This document shows, piece by piece, positions 28,481 through 41,088 of a DNA stretch of 64,000 nt. The notes below the pieces were generated by a model, which was not told the DNA's origin, made no database searches, and was given only the letters and a program-made list of their open reading frames with translations. The stretch comes from Eledone cirrhosa (taxonomy: Eukaryota). The DNA lies in contig OZ024761.1 of the NCBI GenBank assembly GCA_964016885.1, positions 2,108,001 through 2,172,000 on the forward strand, given 5' to 3'. Position 1 is the stretch's first letter. Each line of letters begins with the position of its first letter. Both the position numbers and the translations under genes were made by a program.

Positions 28481-29094
28481 AAATGATACATGACATACCC
28501 TGACATGGTAGATGGTTAAGATTTAATCAAGGTAGTGATTAACTTATGACAAAACTCAATATTTATACCCTAATATTGAGAACATGAGAAAACGTAATAC
28601 AAACAATAGAGAGAGTGTGAGTAATATATTTTAAGAAATACATGGCATCAATATAACAGTTATAACATTTTTAATTTTTAAAAACTTCTAGAGAAAGAGG
28701 AGGGAAAGGAAAGCATAGAGGAAGAAACAGCTTATGTGATAACTTATTTAGTATTTAGCTTGAGAAGACAGATGAAAGATTATTAAAGAGAGAGAGAGAC
28801 AAAGGGGAGTAATTTATGTTCAAGTTTCTACACACATTCTTATATAGTATAGTTGGCGGTTAATTTTTAAAGTATTTAATTTGTTATTTCAGGGTAAAGA
28901 ATCAAATTTTAGGTTTTAAAAGTTAATAGGTATTTGTATTAATATTATAATATAATTATGTTAAATTTCTAAAGTTCAAATTTTATGAAAACAAATTTAA
29001 AGGATTTACGAAACCCGAGAAAGAAATAAAATATATATATATATATATATAATGTTTTATATCCCCACGAAGGTAATCTTTACCAAAATTACTT

Positions 29095-29790
29095 ATAATA
29101 ATGAAAAAAAGAATCAGTTGTTGGCCGGAGAGAAAGGTGTCTGACCTCAGCCCTTTCAACCTTGTCCACCATACAACCTCTTTCGCCATAACTATCACAC
29201 AAAGGAAAACCGCCTCTCCTTCGTTTTTGAAGGAGGGTGGCGGTTTGATCATGACAATGGACTCGGTGGTCAACTGGACTGGTCCCACCCGCGACAATAG
29301 TCATTCTACATAGCCCCACAGGTCAGTGACGCCCGGGCAGTGTATGAATGCGTGCGCAACGGTTTCTTCGTCTCGCACGCACCTCGGACAGATCTTTTTT
29401 GCAGGGTCCCTGCCCGGGCGCCCATGTCTGTAGAGCTTGTCTCGAACTGGTAGAGCTCCTCGGTAGCACTGCCAGGCCAGGGACTTTTGGAAGTTGTCCA
29501 TCGGTCCCGGGCGGAAGGTCCTACCGAACAGACTGGCCAGTTCATCTTCCTCTAAGCCTAGAGTTTCACCGAGCGCGTCATCGCACTTGCTGCGGACTAA
29601 CCCTCTATAGAATGACGAAGTGGAGTCTCCACTGATCTCCGGGTCCGCCTGCCAGAGGGCTGTGAGCGCCTGAGCACATTCGATGTGCCAGTCGCCCATT
29701 TTCCTCGGTCTTTGCTTGACCCAGGACTGCAGCTCGGTCAGCTAGACGAGTCGTGGGAAGGCTCGCCTCACGAACGGGGCCCACACCGGT
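29095..29790 (-). mobile_element. Tx1/L1-clade LINE ORF2 C-terminal fragment (zf-RVT/CCHC)
   Basis: SLAWQCYRGALPVRDKL...CPRC...ETVAHAFIHC...W, frameshifted. Confidence 0.8.
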
Positions 29791-29791
29791 T

Positions 29792-30346
29792 GATAGACAG
29801 ATAGACAGACACAGATAGACAGAAAGACAGACACAGATAGACAGAAAGACAGACACAGATAGACAGATAGACAGACACAGATAGACAGAAAGACAGACAC
29901 AGATAGACAGATAGACAGACACAGATAGACAGAAACACAAACACAGATAGACAGACTGACAGACAGACAGACAGATAGACAGACACAGATAGACAGAAAC
30001 ACAAACACAGATAGACAGATAGACAGACAGACAGATAGACAGACTGACAGAAACACAAACACAGATAGACAGAAAGACAGACACAGATAGACAGATAGAC
30101 AGACACAGATAGACAGAAAGACAGACACAGATAGACAGATAGACAGACACAGATAGACAGAAACACAAACACAGATAGACAGACTGACAGACAGACTGAC
30201 AGAAAGACAGACACAGATAGACAGAAACACAAACACAGATAGACAGATAGACAGACAGACAGATAGACAGACTGACAGAAACACAAACACAGATAGACAG
30301 AAAGACAGACAGAGATAGACAGAAAGACAGACACAGATAGACAGAC
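29792..30346. repeat. Complex (AGAC/AGAT/ACAC) tetranucleotide array with higher-order repetition
   Basis: Seen directly in the sequence. Confidence 0.95.
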
Positions 30347-31169
30347 ATACAAAAAAACAACAATAACCACTCCTCACAGACAATATACCCACACACTAAA
30401 TAGATGACAATATCCTGTTAGAGGGGAATAATTATATTTTAACTGAGGAAATGATAGAATATAATCATTTAATTATCTCATTACGTAATGACTATGCATT
30501 CTGTTATGTCAACAATGTCAAACTCTGGACGCATCAATGGTCTTTAATTTGTACTGTGAACCCATGAAGGACTGTGAGATTGTTGAGTAGACAGGCATGG
30601 GACCATATGAAAATTTATCTATCTTTATCTTTTTATACCAAACTGTTTGAAACTTGTTTCTATGATATAAAAGTTGTTTATTTTATAGTGTTTATATTTC
30701 CAGCTTGTATAGGGTCTTCTGAGTAACATTAATAGAGTGCAGTGAAGCTTGGAGATCAGAGAGTCACTCCAGGTAGAATGGGTACTTCTCCAAATTGAGA
30801 GATCACAGCTCTGACACTATGGGGATCCACAACCTTCTGACAAGACCCCACTGGAAAGTGTGCTTGATGATTCTGCTTCCCACAATCCTCCCAGGAATAA
30901 GTGAGTGAAAAAGAAGAAGCCTGTATAGAAAAGGTCCCTCTGTATGGTTCGGAGTTGTGGACATTGGCTGGTGTTCATTGAGAGACAATATTCAACAAAC
31001 AAGTCTGTATAAAAGTATGTCTCGTATCTCTGATGTTGTGGCATAGAACATCTCCTGGGGATGTCATCCAGCAAACAAATCTCTGTATGGAACCATGTAT
31101 TTCAATTGATTTTGAAAGTAATCAAATATTTGGAAGAATTTAGTAAAGTACCCATCTTTTTTATTATTA

Positions 31170-31320
31170 CTTTCTGAATTCAAATCTTGTTGTGGTCAAC
31201 TTTAGCTTTCATCCTTCTAGGGAAGGGGGGCAGGCGCTCGATAAAATAAACCACCAGTTCAGTACTGGGATCAATTTAATCGACTCTCCCCTTCACCCAA
31301 ATTGCTGGCTGCGTGCCTTC
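31170..31320 (+). mobile_element. Degenerate SINE (Meta-like family)
   Basis: gaattcaaatc...gtcaactttagctttcatcctt...tcgataaaataaa. A further copy lies at 32015-32160. Confidence 0.65.
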
Positions 31321-31361
31321 TTGCCAAAGTTTGCTCCCTTCCAAACAGCTGTGTTCCTTAA

Positions 31362-31564
31362 TCCTTTAGCATTTACTCTATATAGACTATTGTATTTTCA
31401 TGCTAAAAGCTTTACCTCACATAATATCGAATCTATGAGATTTTGATATTACTTATTTTGAGAACAATACCTTAACATAAGTATGAGTGGCCAGTTGTGA
31501 CCAGTTTGAACAGAAAGAGGTGAGAAAATTCTGGCCAGATACAGCCGGTTTAAATGCTAAAGGG
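31362..31564. mobile_element. piggyBac-like MITE
   Basis: TTAA|tCCTTTAGCATTTA...TAAATGCTAAAGGG|TTAA: TIRs flanked by a TTAA TSD. Confidence 0.7.
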
Positions 31565-32390
31565 TTAATTTAGAAATTATTGTTAAGCTGATGTTTGGCA
31601 CATTATTAACAAAAAGTTATTTCATAAAAATATGGTGGTGGGTTTTAAAATAAACATGAACTCTGCTTTAAAAAATGAGCAGTTTTATATATGAACTAGT
31701 GGTTTCTTGCAAGTTTCGTATCAAATGAGTTAAACAGTTTCACTAAATGAATAGAGTAAAATAACATATTTTAGTAAATAATATATAAATTTTATTCTAT
31801 AGTAAAACACTTGTAATAAAAAAACCTTTTATTAATTAACAAAAAACAAGACCAGTTGTTTCCATAGCTTCATATTTTTGTTAGCTTTGACCCACATAAC
31901 ATAAAAACCGTCCGGATTTGAGCTACCTTTAAAAAAGATGGCAGACCCTTGATTTAAATGACTGGGGCCTTTCACAGTGAAATGGTTGGGGACAACCACA
32001 ATGCAGTTCTAGTGATGAATTGGCAGTTGTTAAAATGCCAGAGAGAATACTTTGTGATATTCGTTCCGGCTCTCTGAGTTCAAATCCTGCCCAGGTCAAC
32101 TTTGCCTTTCATCCATTTAAGGTCAATAAAAAAAGTACCAGACTAGAACTGGGGTCGATTCTTCCTCTATATCTCCTTTTCACTTCTTTTCTCTCACTCT
32201 CTCTATTCTTCTCTGGAAGAAATCTACTGTATTCAGACCTAGAGAGGAGATGGGCTCCGCCAGATTTTAAAATGCCCTAGAAACGCTGTATCAATATGGC
32301 GCCCCCTACAACTCCCTCAGGATTACAGGTCAATACATATTTGCATGCATACATAGTTATGTACTGTCCCACCTGGATCTAGGTATAACT

Positions 32391-32501
32391 GGGCTTGGAT
32401 TTGTGAAGAAAGAATGTCGGTCCTTAATTCATGAGCTACAAATGGCAGCAATATCTGGAGCTTTAAAAATCTGTAAAACATTCTTACAATTTAAAGGATG
32501 A
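32391..32501 (+). mobile_element. Possible C-terminal remnant of an RLE-type (R4/Dong-like) non-LTR element
   Basis: GLGFVKKECRSLIHELQMAAISGALKICKTFLQFKG* resembles RLE-element ORF ends (from recall only). Confidence 0.35.
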
Positions 32502-33051
32502 ACACTTACACAAATGACAAATTCTTTTCTTTACAACCTTGCCACCAGGAAGGTCGCCGGTCATAAATAAACTGAAAATTAAAAGGTGTGCACATACATA
32601 TAGACTTACATACATACATTTATTTATTTATATATATATATATGCAGAAGTTATATTTAATTTGTTGGGATTTTACAAACTTAAAATTTTTTTAAACTGA
32701 TATAAAGCACTCAACAGTTTAGTGGAGTAAATATTCAATATATATATTTTTTTTTCCCTATTCTTTCTCTCTCCCTTTCACTACTTTCTTCCAACAGTTT
32801 AATTTAAATAAACCGTTGTTTTTTCAATTTTTCTGACACTCACACATAACTTTGAATCAACCTCAATAAAATATTTTTTCCACTATCCAGTGAACCTCAA
32901 CCGTTAAGGTTGTCTTTATGCGGGTATGTCAATATTTATAAAACAAATTTGTATTTTATCTGATGCAAGCGCACCAAAATTTGCCTTGGTTGCCCTTGAA
33001 ATATATATAATAAAATAGTTATGGTTTTATAAATATAGTTTCCTTTTATTA

Positions 33052-33094
<43 letters not shown>

Positions 33095-33112
33095 TTATAT
33101 ATATACACACAT

Positions 33113-34090
33113 ATTGGTATGGCTATGTAATGCACATGGATGATGACCACTGGGTGAAGAAGTGCCAAGTAATCCCAGTGGAAGGAAGACACAGTAGAGG
33201 AAGACCATGGAAACATGGGTAGAGGTGGTGAGAGCTGACCTCAGATCACTGAAGCTCAGAGAAGATGACAAAGAACCGTGACAAATAGAAAGATTCTGTG
33301 CTGAAGAGGACCCGTCCCACCCTTGCAAGCAGGAAAAAACGGACGTATGATCATGATGATGATGATGATATATATAGAGAGAGATAGATAGATAGATGAG
33401 GAAGACTGGCGGCAAGTGGAGAGTTGTTGTGCTAAACAGGACCCATCCAACGCATACGAGCGTGGAAAAATGGACGTAAAAACGATATGTATATATATAT
33501 TCGATAGCTGTATAACAAAGTGCAGGGCAATAAAGATAGACGCTAGCCACGGAATAGGCAGGCCTAGAAAAACCTGGGACGAGCTGATAAACTCCGACCT
33601 CACACACTTACACCTCTCCAAGACAATGTCACTGGACCGAGACCTTTGGCGGTACTCAGTAACAGAGAAGACCTGCCTTACCTAAATACATAGTAAAACC
33701 TACTACAGCCAGTAGGCATCTCTAACAAAATACCCCCCCCCCCCGTCCCACCACCCCCACCCCATCCACGCCACCCCGTTCTATGTAAAGTTATGTTGGT
33801 GCCACACCATCCAGGCCGAAACAAATGAGATCGTGTAGGTGTCACGACAAAAAAACACACAGTCCACGCTGTAATGTGGCCGTATAGGCAACACGGTAAA
33901 AACCTCCCAGACCCACACTGTAAATGTGGTTGGTGTTAGGAAGGGCATCCAACTGTAGAAAACCTGCCAGACAGTCCTATGCGAGCAAGACAATCACTCT
34001 TGCCTCAAGTGGGACTACCCCCGTCCAAACCCATGCAAGCGTGGAACACGGACGTTAAACGTTGATGATGATGATGATGATGATGATGAT
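33113..34090 (+). mobile_element. Cluster of three RTE 3' ends (B: 33113-33369; short: 33397-33486; A: 33500-34090)
   Basis: GRPWKTW / GRPRKTW coding ends, conserved ggacgt-aaa tails and (tga)n. Confidence 0.88.
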
Positions 34091-34122
34091 ATTCATACAG
34101 ATAGACTTACATATTACACACG

Positions 34123-34154
<32 letters not shown>

Positions 34155-34614
34155 TGGGTGAGACAAAGAGAGAGAGAGTTGCATATATACATACACAGAG
34201 AAAGAAATATACACACATTAAATATACAGACCCCAGCAGACAGTATAGGCAACGGGAAGACTAATGTATCTTTGGTCCGATCTGATGATCAGCTTCTTTC
34301 TTTGATGAAAACATGGTTAAGAAGTTCACTCGACAGTTGTAAGGTCCCAGATTCAAACGTACTGCAATGCATTATGGGTGTCTTTTATCACAGCTTCAAG
34401 TGGCGCCAGGCAATCAGGGAGATGAAACCTGTTTAGAAATTGTTCAATGGACTATACCTCTAATTTAAAGAGTTAGCCATGTCACACACTGTGTCATGCT
34501 GAATCTCCCTGAGAATCACATCTAGGGTACACATATCTGTGGAATACTCAACCAACGACACAATTTCACTGGTAGGATATTCCATCCGGACCAGTTGGAG
34601 GTGGTTGTTTCTGA

Positions 34615-36066
34615 CAGGACCAGCTGAAGGGAGAGTCTGAGGCTCCTACGAACCTCACAGGACCAGCTGAAGGGAGTGTCTGAGGCCCCTACGAACCTCA
34701 CAGGACCAGCTGGAGGGAGAGTCTGAGGCCCCTACGAACCTCACAGGACCAGCTGAAGGGAGAGTCTGAGGCCCCTACGAACCTCACAGGACCAGCTGAA
34801 GGGAGAGTCTGAGGCCCCTACGAACCTCACAGGACCAGCTGAAGGGAGAGTCTGAGGCCCCTACGAACCTCACAGGACCAGCCGAAGGGAGTGTCTGAGG
34901 CCCCTACGAACCTCACAGGACCAGCCGAAGGGAGTGTCTGAGGCCCCTACGAACCTCACAGGACCAGCTGGAGGGAGTGTCTGAGGCCCCTACGAACCTC
35001 ACAGGACCAGCTGGAGGGAGTGTCTGAGGCCCCTACGAACCTCACAGGACCAGCTGGAGGGAGTGTCTGAGGCCCCTACGAACCTCACAGGACCAGCTGG
35101 AGGGAGTGTCTGAGGCCCCTACGAACCTCACAGGACCAGCTGGAGGGAGTGTCTGAGGCCCCTACGAACCTCACAGGACCAGCTGGAGGGAGTGTCTGAG
35201 GCCCCTACGAACCTCACAGGACCAGCTGGAGGGAGTGTCTGAGGCCCCTACGAACCTCACAGGACCAGCTGGAGGGAGTGTCTGAGGCCCCTACGAACCT
35301 CACAGGACCAGCTGGAGGGAGTGTCTGAGGCCCCTACGAACCTCACAGGACCAGCTGGAGGGAGTGTCTGAGGCCCCTACGAACCTCACAGGACCAGCTG
35401 GAGGGAGTGTCTGAGGCCCCTACGAACCTCACAGGACCAGCTGGAGGGAGTGTCTGAGGCCCCTACGAACCTCACAGGACCAGCTGGAGGGAGTGTCTGA
35501 GGCCCCTACGAACCTCACAGGACCATCTGGAGGGAGTGTCTGAGGCCCCTACGAACCTCACAGGACCAGCTGGAGGGAGTGTCTGAGGCCCCTACGAACC
35601 TCACAGGACCAGCTGGAGGGAGTGTCTGAGGCCCCTACGAACCTCACAGGACCAGCTGGAGGGAGTGTCTGAGGCCCCTACGAACCTCACAGGACCAGCT
35701 GGAGGGAGTGTCTGAGGCCCCTACGAACCTCACAGGACCAGCTGGAGGGAGTGTCTGAGGCCCCTACGAACCTCACAGGACCAGCTGGAGGGAGTGTCTG
35801 AGGCCCCTACGAACCTCACAGGACCAGCTGAAGGGTGTGTCTGAGGCCCCTACGAACCTCACAGGCCCAGCTGGAGGGAGTGTCTGAGGCCCCTACGAAC
35901 CTCACAGGACCAGCTGGAGGGAGTATCTGAGGCCCCTACGAACCTCACAGGACCAGCTGGAGGGAGTGTCTGAGGCCCCTACGAACCTCACAGGACCAGC
36001 TGGAGGGAGAGTCTGAGGTCCCTACGACCCTCACAGAACCAGCTGGAGGGAGTGTCTGAGGCCCCT
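34615..36066. repeat. 43-bp GC-rich minisatellite, about 34 near-identical copies
   Basis: Unit caggaccagctggagggagtgtctgaggcccctacgaacctca. Confidence 0.98.
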
Positions 36067-36817
36067 GTGTGTGTGTGTAGTAAAGAGGTTCATTGTTGTG
36101 ATAATGGTCAGTAGGGATGTGTGTGTGAATTGCAGTCATGTTGAAAGGTCAACAGTTGAGGTGTTTATTAAGACAAATATGTGTGTGTGTGTAGCAGAGT
36201 GGTTCATGGTAGAGGGAATAAATTCGGTCAGTAGGAATGTGTGTGTACGTGTGTGGGGGATATTTTAACATGTTGAAAGATATTTTTCAGCTCTTGTCTT
36301 ATACGGAGAAGTGTGTGTGTGTGTGTGTGTGTGAACCTCTTTGCTACACACACACACACATTTGTCTTAAAAGACTTATTTTTCAGTGACTTCTCAATCA
36401 GGCGAAAAAGGACACTCTTCGACAAACCTACATTTGGCGCAAAATCAATTTTTAACATTCATGTGACCTCTACCGACCAATCAAAATTGTTTTGACTACA
36501 AGAATTTCTGCAACACGAATTGGTGCGAAATTTATAGTACTCATTCACGTGACATTCAACAACCAACCAAATCTTAATACCTCTGGAGCCACTTTTTTCA
36601 CATAAAACAGGAAGAATTTCCAAAACTGATCAGATTAGAACAAACATCACGAGCGCTCTATCTCAAAATTATTTTTGAAAAGCATTAGAAATGCGCAACC
36701 GGTAAAAACTTAAAACTAAAACTGAATACTAACCAATATTTATTACTAATTTATACTTATTCCTAATTAAACTATTTTTCACTGGGAAAAATTTGTCAGC
36801 ATTTTCTTTTCCTTTTA

Positions 36818-36859
<42 letters not shown>

Positions 36860-37000
36860 GTGAGCGTATATACATACACATACACACACCTAACTATTTT
36901 TCTTGATAGATTTTTATATATTTCAATTTCTATTTCATTTATCTATATATTTTTTTTGATTTTCTTGATGTGTTTTTCTAAGTATTTGCCCATGTTTTAT

Positions 37001-37078
37001 ATTGCCTCGTCTGACGAACGAATGAAGTCGTTTATTTCGTATTCGCCTCATTCGGGAAACCTCTGGTAATGAGGTAAT
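37001..37078 (+). ncRNA. Type I hammerhead ribozyme
   Basis: attgcctcgt-CTGACGA-a-cgaatga...tcattcg-g-GAAA-cctctgg-TA-atgaggtaat. Confidence 0.75.
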
Positions 37079-37172
37079 TGTATTGATTTTATACATTAAA
37101 TTTTGCTCTGATACTTACATAGAGCACTCTTCATTTCTATGACCTTTTCTGTTTCCAACGGAAATTTCAATA

Positions 37173-37225
<53 letters not shown>

Positions 37226-37278
37226 TAATAAAAACAATGAAATAAAAATAAAGAACAGGTTCCATATATTAAAAAAAT

Positions 37279-37418
37279 CATCATTTTACGATCGTTTCTG
37301 AGATATATATGTGTATGTTGGTATGTATATCATATTAAAGAGCTATGTAAAAAAATATTACAAATTATCAGAGGAGATATACATACCTTCACTTATATAT
37401 GTCATCTTCAGAAATGAT
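37279..37418 (-). ncRNA. Hammerhead motif with very long stem II region
   Basis: Minus strand catcattt-CTGAAGA-tgacatatata...(about 85 nt)...tatatatctca-GAAA-cgatcg-TA-aaatgatg. Confidence 0.6.
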
Positions 37419-37544
37419 GAAGTATGTTTATTGAAAGAAAGTATTAATACAAAAAAGCCTGTTTGGGAACAGGTTTTGAATTGACCAATAGAAAAGTTAG
37501 AGGTCAAATTGCTAGAATAACCGTAGTAGAAACTTTATGCTAGG

Positions 37545-37990
37545 TTATGTTGGTACCACAACATCCAGTCCGAAATAAATGAGGTCGTGTACATGTCACG
37601 ACAAAAAAAAAACACACAGTCCACGCTGTAATGTGGCCGTGTAGGTAACATGGTAAAAACCTCCTAGTCTACACTGTAAACGTCGTTGGTGTTAGGAAGG
37701 GCATCCAGCCGTAGAAAACCCGCCAGACAGTCCTATGCGAGCAAGACAACCAATCTTGCCTCAATCTTGTGACTTTTTAGTCCAGCCAGCGACTTGAAAA
37801 CTCTGGTACAAACACTACACTTGTGCCAATTATTGACACATAGTGCTGGGCCCATGGCACCATGTGACGACAAGTGCAGAGAGATCTCCAGATATAAAGC
37901 AATGCCTGTGCCGTGAAGCTTTTATAGTGAGCAAAGGCACTGCACAAAGCCAGTCCCACTCTCTTAACCAAGATGATATTTACCAAAAAG
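37545..37990. mobile_element. RTE-A 3'UTR fragment (+, 37545-37763) joined to a partial bipartite RTE-derived element (-, 37768-37990)
   Basis: Matches 58125-58342 and 40108-40330 respectively. Confidence 0.8.
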
Positions 37991-38180
37991 ACATATATAT
38001 ACATATATATATACAGACATATATACAGGCACATATATATATATTTAGGTTTGTTGGTTCACCACCGGATAGAATTGGTCATTCCGTATGGTCAATCTTG
38101 ATGCAATATTATGGAAAATACTCAACGTAGTGCAGTTCACCCGTCTTCATTTGTGTAGTTGGTGGTGCGAATACGGAGTT

Positions 38181-38580
38181 AATTATTATGAATAAAATAA
38201 CAGGAGGCTGGACTGGTGTAAATCCTTGAAAAGTTTATTATGCTATAATCATTTCAATGACCGGGTTCCGTATGAATCCGGTGATATCATCAGGTATTCG
38301 AAATATAAGAAAGGAATATATAAAAATCCATGGGTCCGAAAATCAGTGACAGAGAGGACGACTGACCAACTAGCTATTTTCACCTCGGTCAGTCGCCCTC
38401 AAGTGATGGCTATTCGGTCTACTAATGACCATCTGGATTTTTATATATTCCTTTGTTATATTTTGAATACCTGATGATGTCACCGGATTCATCCGGAACC
38501 CGGTCATTGAAATGATCATAGTATAATAAACTTTTCAAGAATTTACACCAGTCCAGCCTCCTGTTATTTTATTCATAATA
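38181..38580. mobile_element. Fold-back mini-element with about 150-bp inverted arms, each carrying a hammerhead
   Basis: Arms about 38182-38332 and 38433-38580. HHR atac-CTGATGA-tgtcaccgg...ccggtcatt-GAAA-tgatca-TA-gtat at 38467-38524, with an antisense copy at about 38240-38296. Confidence 0.78.
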
Positions 38581-38654
38581 TATATATATATATATTATAA
38601 AATACTGTTGGCTTCACGCTCACAATCATTTCTATACTTTCATTTATATATATA

Positions 38655-40009
38655 CTAGCATTAAATCCTGGCGTTGCTCGGGGTCATTAAGTTACCAAAG
38701 TTAGGTTGCACCACCCATTTTATGGCAGCACTTTTTTGTCTGCCAGGCACTGGGTGAATGAATTGCAGACCTGGAAGCAGGAGCTGCGCCAGCAGTGACA
38801 ATTGTAGTTTCGCCTATGGATATTATCTCTGTGCAAAAAAGTGTTGAAATTTATTGTTTCACAGTACTTGCGCAACACGCGCGTAGACGATGCCAGCCGA
38901 ACAACAGGGCTGCGATGGAGTTGTTCTGCATGGTTGTCTGTGTGTTTTCTAAATTTAAGACAGTAGGGAGGGTTGTGATATGAGGGAGAGTTAGCTGTTG
39001 TTTCTAGCAGGTTTAGTGACCTCATAGAGGATATGTGTTTTCTAAATTTAAGACAGTAGGGAGTGGTGTGATATGGGGGAGAGTTAGCTGCTGTTTCTAG
39101 CAGGTTTAGTGACCTCATAGAAGATATGTTTTCTAAATTTAAGACAGTAGGGAGGGGTGTGATATGGGGGGAGAGTTAGCTGCTGTTTCTAGCAGGTTTA
39201 GTAACCTCATAGAGGATATGTGTTTTCTAAATTTAAGACAGTAGGGAGTGGTGTGATATGGGGGAGAGTTAGCTGCTGTTCTAGCAGGTTTAGTGACCTC
39301 ATAGAAGATATGTTTTCTAAATTTAAGACAGTAGGGAGGGGTGTGATATGGGGGAGAATTAGCTGTTGTTTCTAGCAAGTTTAGTGACCTCATCGAGGAT
39401 ATTATTGTTTATCATTATCTATAAAAGGCAGATTGTTGTTGTTGTTGTTGAAGTGAGTGTGTGTTTGTATGCGTTTGGAAAAGAGGTTTTAAAAAAGATT
39501 TATCGCTTGTTGTTGAATAAATGTATCTGTTGCTTTTGAATAATTGTCGTTTCGTATGAAATGTAATAATTGTTTCTACTTTTTTGGCACAAGGCCAGCA
39601 ATTACCCAGTACATTACTGGTACTTTATGTAATAATAAACGTTCTCTATCTCTCTTCTCTCTATCTCTCTCTTCGGCAATCACGCACGTTGTCAGATGAT
39701 ATGAGAGAGTAAAACGGACAGTATCACCATCAAGCTTGGAAAGAGAAAGTAGCAGAAAGTATGAAGTTGTATAGATTTCGAATGGTAGTGGAAAGAGTTT
39801 AGCAGTTTAAATGACAGAGGAAAATCGTAAAATATTGAGTTTTATCTATTTTTTGCGTAATTGTGGGTGAAATTGAAAAAATTAGATGTGCCAAGACGCA
39901 ATTGATGCTATTTCGAATACTGAATTGTAAATTTCAATTGAAGAAATTCTATATCGTAGATTTCTATAAGAAAGGAGCCTGACCACACACTGAGCTTTAT
40001 AGATTATGA
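38655..40009 (-). mobile_element. Non-autonomous Helitron containing a roughly 94-bp tandem repeat
   Basis: 3' hairpin plus CTAG on the minus strand (tactagcattaaatcctggcgttgctcgggg), as at 14625. Five copies of a 93-95 bp unit at 38940-39400. Confidence 0.7.
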
Positions 40010-40029
40010 TGATATATATATACATATAT

Positions 40030-40637
40030 GGTGGCTGCCAACTCGTTTTCGAGTACGGCCACTACTTTATATCCATGTAGGAGAACCCCTACCGATGCGC
40101 TGAACGAGTGACTTTTTAGTCCAGCCAGCGACTTGAAAACTCTGGTACAAACACTACACTTGTGACAATTATTGACACATAGTGCTGGGCCCATGGTACC
40201 ATGTGACGACAAGGGCAGAGAGATCTCCAGATATAAAGCAATGCCTGTGCCGTGAAGCTTTTATAGTGAGCAAAGGCACTGCACAAAGCCAGTCCCACTC
40301 TCTTAACCAAGATGATATTTACCAAAAAGAAGAACAAGTCAACATCATTGGATACCATCAGGGTTGCAGGTGTTATATCAGAGTTTTCCTTCTCCTAGAA
40401 TTCTGCCTTGACAAAGGCTAAGGGGTCATCTCTCCCGGTCATTTTGGATGGCCATTGACTCTTAAGAGCTCCTTTGCCCTTTGACAGGTTTTGTTTTTAG
40501 TCCTGCAGGATGTCCAAAGTCCCCCTCCTCACCAAGAAACCTTGGTGGGGTTGCCAGTTTAGTCGCCAACGTCCCGACCATGAGACAGGTTGTACTGGGA
40601 TACATGTTACCAGTAGCACCAACTGGTGACCTGACAC
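40030..40637 (-). mobile_element. Non-autonomous bipartite RTE-derived element (longest copy)
   Basis: Contains gtcgggacgttggcgactaaactgg, ctaggagaaggaaaactctga and the C2H2-like CSVCTRVFKSLAGLKSH remnant. Confidence 0.72.
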
Positions 40638-41088
40638 ATATATACATATATATATACATACATATATACATATATATACAGACATACATATATATATAGA
40701 GAGAGAGACATATATATATATATAGAGAGAGAGAGGGAGAGACATATATACATATATATATAGAGAGGGGGAGAGACATATATGCATATATATAGAGAGA
40801 GAGGGGGAGAGACATATATACATATATATAGAGAGAGAGGGGGATAGACATATATACATATATATAGAGAGGGAGAGACATATTATACATATATAGAGAG
40901 AGAGGGATAGACATATATAGAGAGAGAGGGAGAGACATATATATATATACATATATATAGAGAGAGAGGGAGAGACATATATATACATATATATAGAGAG
41001 AGAGAGGGAGATACATATATATAGAGAGAGAGGGAGAGACATATATATATACATATATATAGAGAGAGAGAGGGAGACATATATATGT
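40638..41088. repeat. Compound (TA)n/(GA)n microsatellite
   Basis: Seen directly in the sequence. Confidence 0.95.

Noticed and set aside
29605-30396. Cys/Leu/Ser-rich ORFs
   Set aside because: Tetranucleotide repeat artefacts.
34615-36066. CRISPR array or tandem hammerhead satellite
   Set aside because: No spacers. ctgaggc...cgaac lacks the CTGANGA/GAAA core and the required stems.
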